Of a DNA stretch of 64,000 nucleotides, positions 60,001 through 64,000 are shown in pieces. Position 1 is the first letter of the stretch; each line of letters begins with the position of its first letter. The DNA is from Squalus acanthias (lineage: Eukaryota). The stretch is taken from assembly GCA_030390025.1 (NCBI GenBank), contig CM059432.1, forward strand, positions 75,146,001-75,210,000. The letters run 5' to 3'. The position numbers were made by a program, and so were the translations under genes. The notes below the pieces were generated by a model, which worked only from the letters and a program-made list of their open reading frames with translations, searched no databases and had not been told where the DNA came from.

Positions 60001-61843
60001 TAGTCACCCCCTCGAAAAATTCAATCAAATTGGTCAGACATGATCGCCCCCTGACAAAGCCATGCTGACTATCCTTGATTAATCCTTGCCTCTCCAAGTG
60101 GAGACTAATTCTGTCCCTCAGAATTTTTTCCAATAATTTCCCTACCACTGATGTTAGGCTCACTGGCCTGTAATTCCCTGGTTTATCCCTACTACCCTTC
60201 TTGAACAATGGTACTACGTTAGATGTTCTCCAGTCCTCTGGCACCTCCCCTGTGGCCAGAGAGTTTCTGAAAATGTGTGTCAGAGCCCCTGCAATCACCT
60301 TCCTGGCCTTACACAGCAGCCTGGGATACATCCCGTCACGGCCTGGGGATTTATCCACTTTTAAGCCCGCTAAAACCGCTAGTACCTCCTCCCTCAATAC
60401 TAATTTGTTCAAGTATATCACAATCCCCCTGCCCGATTTCTATGCCTACATCGTCCTTCTCCATAGTGAACACAGATGCAAACTATTCATTTAAAACCTC
60501 ACCTACATCTTCCGGCTCCACACACAGATTGGCACTTTGGTCCCGAATGGGCCCTACTCTTTCCCTGGTTATCCTCTTGCCCTTAATATACTTATAAAAC
60601 ACCATGGGATTTTCCTTTATTTTGCCCGCCAGTGTTTTTTCATGCCCCCTCTTCGCTCTCCTAATTTCTATAAGTACCCCCCTGCACTTTCTATACTCCT
60701 CTAGGGCATCCACTGTTTAGTCCTTTGTATCTGCCAAAAGCCTCCCTTTTTTTCCCTAATCCATTCTTGTATATCCCTTGACATCCAGGGTTCCCTGCGC
60801 TTGTTGGTCCCACCCTTGACCTTTACGGGAACATGTTGGCGTTGTACTCTCTCTATTTCCTTTCTGAAAGACTCCCATTGCTCCGATGTGTATTTTCCTA
60901 CAAGTAGCTGATCCCAGTCCATTTTGGCCAGATCCTGCCTTATCATATTAAAATCGGCCTTCCCCCAATTTAGAACCTTTATTTCCGGTCCATCTTTGTC
61001 CTTTTCCATGACTACCTTAAATCTCACCGAATTATGGTCACGGTCACCAAAATACTCTCCAACTGACACATCTACCACTTGCCCGGCTACATTCCCTAGA
61101 ATGAGGTCCAGTACCGCCCCCTCTCTTGTAGGACTTTCTACATGCTGGCTCAAAAAGCTCTCCTGGATGCACTAAGAATTCCGCACCCTCGAAGCCTTTC
61201 ACACTCTGACTATCCCAGTTAATATTGGGGAAGTTGAAATCCCCGACTATTATTACCCTATTATTTCTGCACTTCTGAGATTTGTCTACATATCTGTTCC
61301 TCTATCTCCCCCTGACTGTTTGGGGGCCTATAGTACACTCCCAGCAAAGTGCTTGCCCCCTTTTTGTTTTTAAGTTCTACCCATATGGCCTCATTAGAGG
61401 AACCTGCTAAGATATCATCCCTCTTTACAGCAGTAATTGACTCCTTGATTAATATTGCGACACCCCCTCCTCTTTTACACCCCCCTCTGTCTCGCCTGAA
61501 GATTCTATACATTGAGCTGCCTGTCCTGCCCCTCCCTCAACCATGTCTCTGTGATAGCAACAATATCATACTCCCATGTGTTCATCAACACCTTCAATTC
61601 ATCTGCCTTACTCGCAAGACTCCTTGCATTAAAATAAATGCCATCCAGCCTTGCCATACTCCCTTGTGCCGTTACATATTTGCTCTGCCTTCCAGGCTGA
61701 CTTGCTTTTTCCTCTATATTTGGCTGTGCATCACCCCGTATTACAGCTCCACTCCGTATCCCATCCCCCTGCCAAGTTAGTTTAACCCCCCCCTAACAAT
61801 ACTAGCAAACCTCCCCGCAAGGATGTTGGTCCCGTTCCGGTCT
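57090..61843 (-). mobile_element. CR1 LINE (end of ORF1 plus complete decayed ORF2), split by Penelope
   Basis: RRDRGGCKRGGGVAIL, GVYYRPPN, SPTREGAVLDLIL, DHN, GNYRPVSLTS, FADDTK, LVRPQLEYC; 3' hairpin and tail at 57090-57150. Confidence 0.94.
57424..59102 (+). mobile_element. Penelope-like retroelement (RT plus GIY-YIG), 5'-truncated
   Basis: QIKGVAMGTRMGPSYACLF, RYIDD, PFLD, HYKPTDSHSYL, YIGETKR, RFAEH, PVACHFN, GLNIEF; 13-bp TSD TTCCTTTCTATCT at 57411-57423 and 59103-59115. Confidence 0.93.
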
Positions 61844-63729
61844 TAAGTATCCCTGCCAATTTCCATTTCTCTATCCTCTCGGGATCACTAAGCTACCTGC
61901 AATGGGGAAAGTTTACTTTATCAGAATAGATTAAACCATGATTTTGTTACTTCATTCTGAAAGCATGCTTATGATCCCAGTAAATGTTTGCCATTTGTAG
62001 TTTTATTATGCAAAATGAATTCTATTTAGGCAAGAATTAATAAAATGTGTACATACTCAGGCATTCAATACGCCAGAGATCATTTAGCACAACGCAAAGT
62101 CACAGCACTGGATTATTGTTTTTTTTTAATTAAGTACACAAACATGATCAAACTAAAAAAAAAATCCCAGTTGCACCATAAGCATAAACAAAATATACAT
62201 AAAATTCAGGATCAACTGATTTTAAAAAGCTGCTGTTATTTCATTAGTCATTCATCAATCCATGTCTCAATTCTTTAGGGCTTAATTTAGAAGCTACGTT
62301 GTTGCTCTATACCATTAGAGCATTTTATATTACTCAGTGAACAGTACATCAAATGAGATATATCTGCCAATCATTAAACACCATGACCCCGATATTTACT
62401 GGGGCAGGGATTTGGAGCAGGCAAGTTTTGTGGTGGTGGGAGGATAGAACGCAGGGGTGGGGGTTTCGGTGGGAGATCGTGAAGGTGGAGAGAGATGGGG
62501 GTGTTAAGCTTGTTGGGCCTGGAAAAAAACACCTTGTGGACCCAGCCCTTCTCACCTCCTTTTGCCTACTGGGTTTCCCAATGCTAGGAAAACCCGGATG
62601 ACAGCAGTAAAAAAATGTAAACCTTGTTAAAATAAAGGCACGCAGACTCCTTAAAAGGTTTCAACAACCGACCCACCTCCAGAGAGCAGAGTGGTCACCC
62701 ATCACTCGTCCCGCTTCCGTTAAAACCGGAAGTGGGTGAGTTCGAGGCAGGTTGGATTCCTACCTGACCCAAACATACCCGTTTTGGGGGGTTAAAATTC
62801 AATTGAACAAAAAACTTGACTAATATTTATATGTTCCAAACTTGTTTTTGCACTATTCCATTTTGTGCTTATCCAGCTACAGACACCGGTACCAAGAACA
62901 GACTATCGACTTGTATACTTCAAGCAACGGTAACATCACTCCCTGTTCAGAAAAAACACAGGCCAGATGTAGAGCAAAGGTACCTTAACATTACACCACA
63001 ACCTCAGATGGGCACCTCCTCCTGCACTAGTGCACCAGTCATTTTCCATACCAGCCATCCTCCTGACCTGAATAAGACTCAATTTATTAATTAGGGACAG
63101 TAGGCTCACTGCACTAGGAACTAGATTAACACTGCCCATACTTCTTTACCTTGGCTAGATGGAGCCCGGGTTCCAGGTTTGGAAAACAGAATATGCTCAT
63201 ATATACACATACAGTGAAACCTGTATAAACAGACACTTCCAAAAAAGACACTTGCAAAGAAAAGATACTTAGAGACACCCAAATAATTTGCATGGTAAAA
63301 AATACAAGAAGCAGTCCAAAACAATGGACATTCACAAATTGCAAACGGCTTTTAATGCCCTTTTATAAAACTTGAAAAACACGGAACGTACAGGTCTGTG
63401 CGGTTTTGTGAAAGAAACTGTTTTTGTGCAATGGCAAGCTCTTTACCCACTATCCATTGCAGCAGAGAAACCGCTCTCACTCTGGGATTGAATACTTGCA
63501 TGGCCATGGATGCTGGGTAAAGAACTCCCCGTTCTACTGAAATTTTCACAGTACATACAATGACCATTTTGAAAACAAGGACATTTGCAAAAAAGACAGC
63601 GGATGCCAGTCCCAAGTGTCTGTAATTGAAATGCAAATTGACACACTTTGGGAGAAAGTACAAGGAGAATAATATACTGAATTTGTAAAACTTTGAAAAG
63701 GAAGAGTCTTGAGGGTTCAGATGCTCAAA

Positions 63730-64000
63730 TCTTTCAAAGTGAGAGGACAAATTGATAAAGCTGTAAAAAAAAAAGCTTATGGACTGTAGGTTTTAGAGGT
63801 GTAGAGTAAAAAAGCAAAGAGGTAATGCTAAACCTATACAAATCAATCATTGGTTAGGCTAGTTAGAATATGGTGTCTGGTTCTGGGCACTTTGCTTTAG
63901 GAAAGATGTCAAGAGCACAGAGAGGGTTCAAAAGAGATTCACCGTGATACCAGGAATTAGAGGATTTAATCATGAAGGTAGACTATAGAATTTAGGGTTC
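63730..64000 (+). mobile_element. Decayed CR1 ORF2 3' fragment running off the window end
   Basis: gaggtaatgctaaacctatacaaatc...ttggttaggctagttagaatatggtgtctggttctggg...agagggttcaaaagagattcacc. Confidence 0.75.

Noticed and set aside
63052..63058. ggATGGCTG|gtatgg on the minus strand as the junctin/junctate first exon (would give MADKHSS...)
   Set aside because: The phase fits, but it has only 7 coding nt, does not match the recalled MAEDK start, and has no convincing MEF2 or TATA site. It is indistinguishable from chance without RNA data.

Overview
Eukaryotic (vertebrate) genomic DNA, most likely a cartilaginous fish. That assignment is inferred from the repeat content: abundant CR1 LINEs, L2, Penelope, Vingi and Deu-domain SINEs. 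The window covers the 5' alternatively spliced part of the ASPH (aspartyl/asparaginyl beta-hydroxylase / junctin / junctate) locus on the minus strand. Six coding exons can be read with exact splice sites, and all junctions are phase 1. In transcript order they are: a 150-nt transmembrane exon (46146-46295), a 45-nt cassette (45244-45288), a 69-nt EF-hand exon with a GC donor (31165-31233), a dual-use acidic triadin-like exon (23752/23820-23996), a 45-nt junctin exon (14325-14369) and the Lys/Glu-rich junctin terminal exon (4034-4437). The first exon(s) and the hydroxylase catalytic exons were not found in the window. The introns are filled with mostly decayed retroelements and MITEs. These include a 5'-inverted (twin-priming-type) Vingi-like LINE that hosts a full-length CR1, which itself carries two further inserts. 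Almost all ORFs in the supplied track are TE remnants or chance frames. I found no prokaryotic-type system, CRISPR array or intact autonomous element. Family names and mammalian comparisons come from recall, not from database searches.
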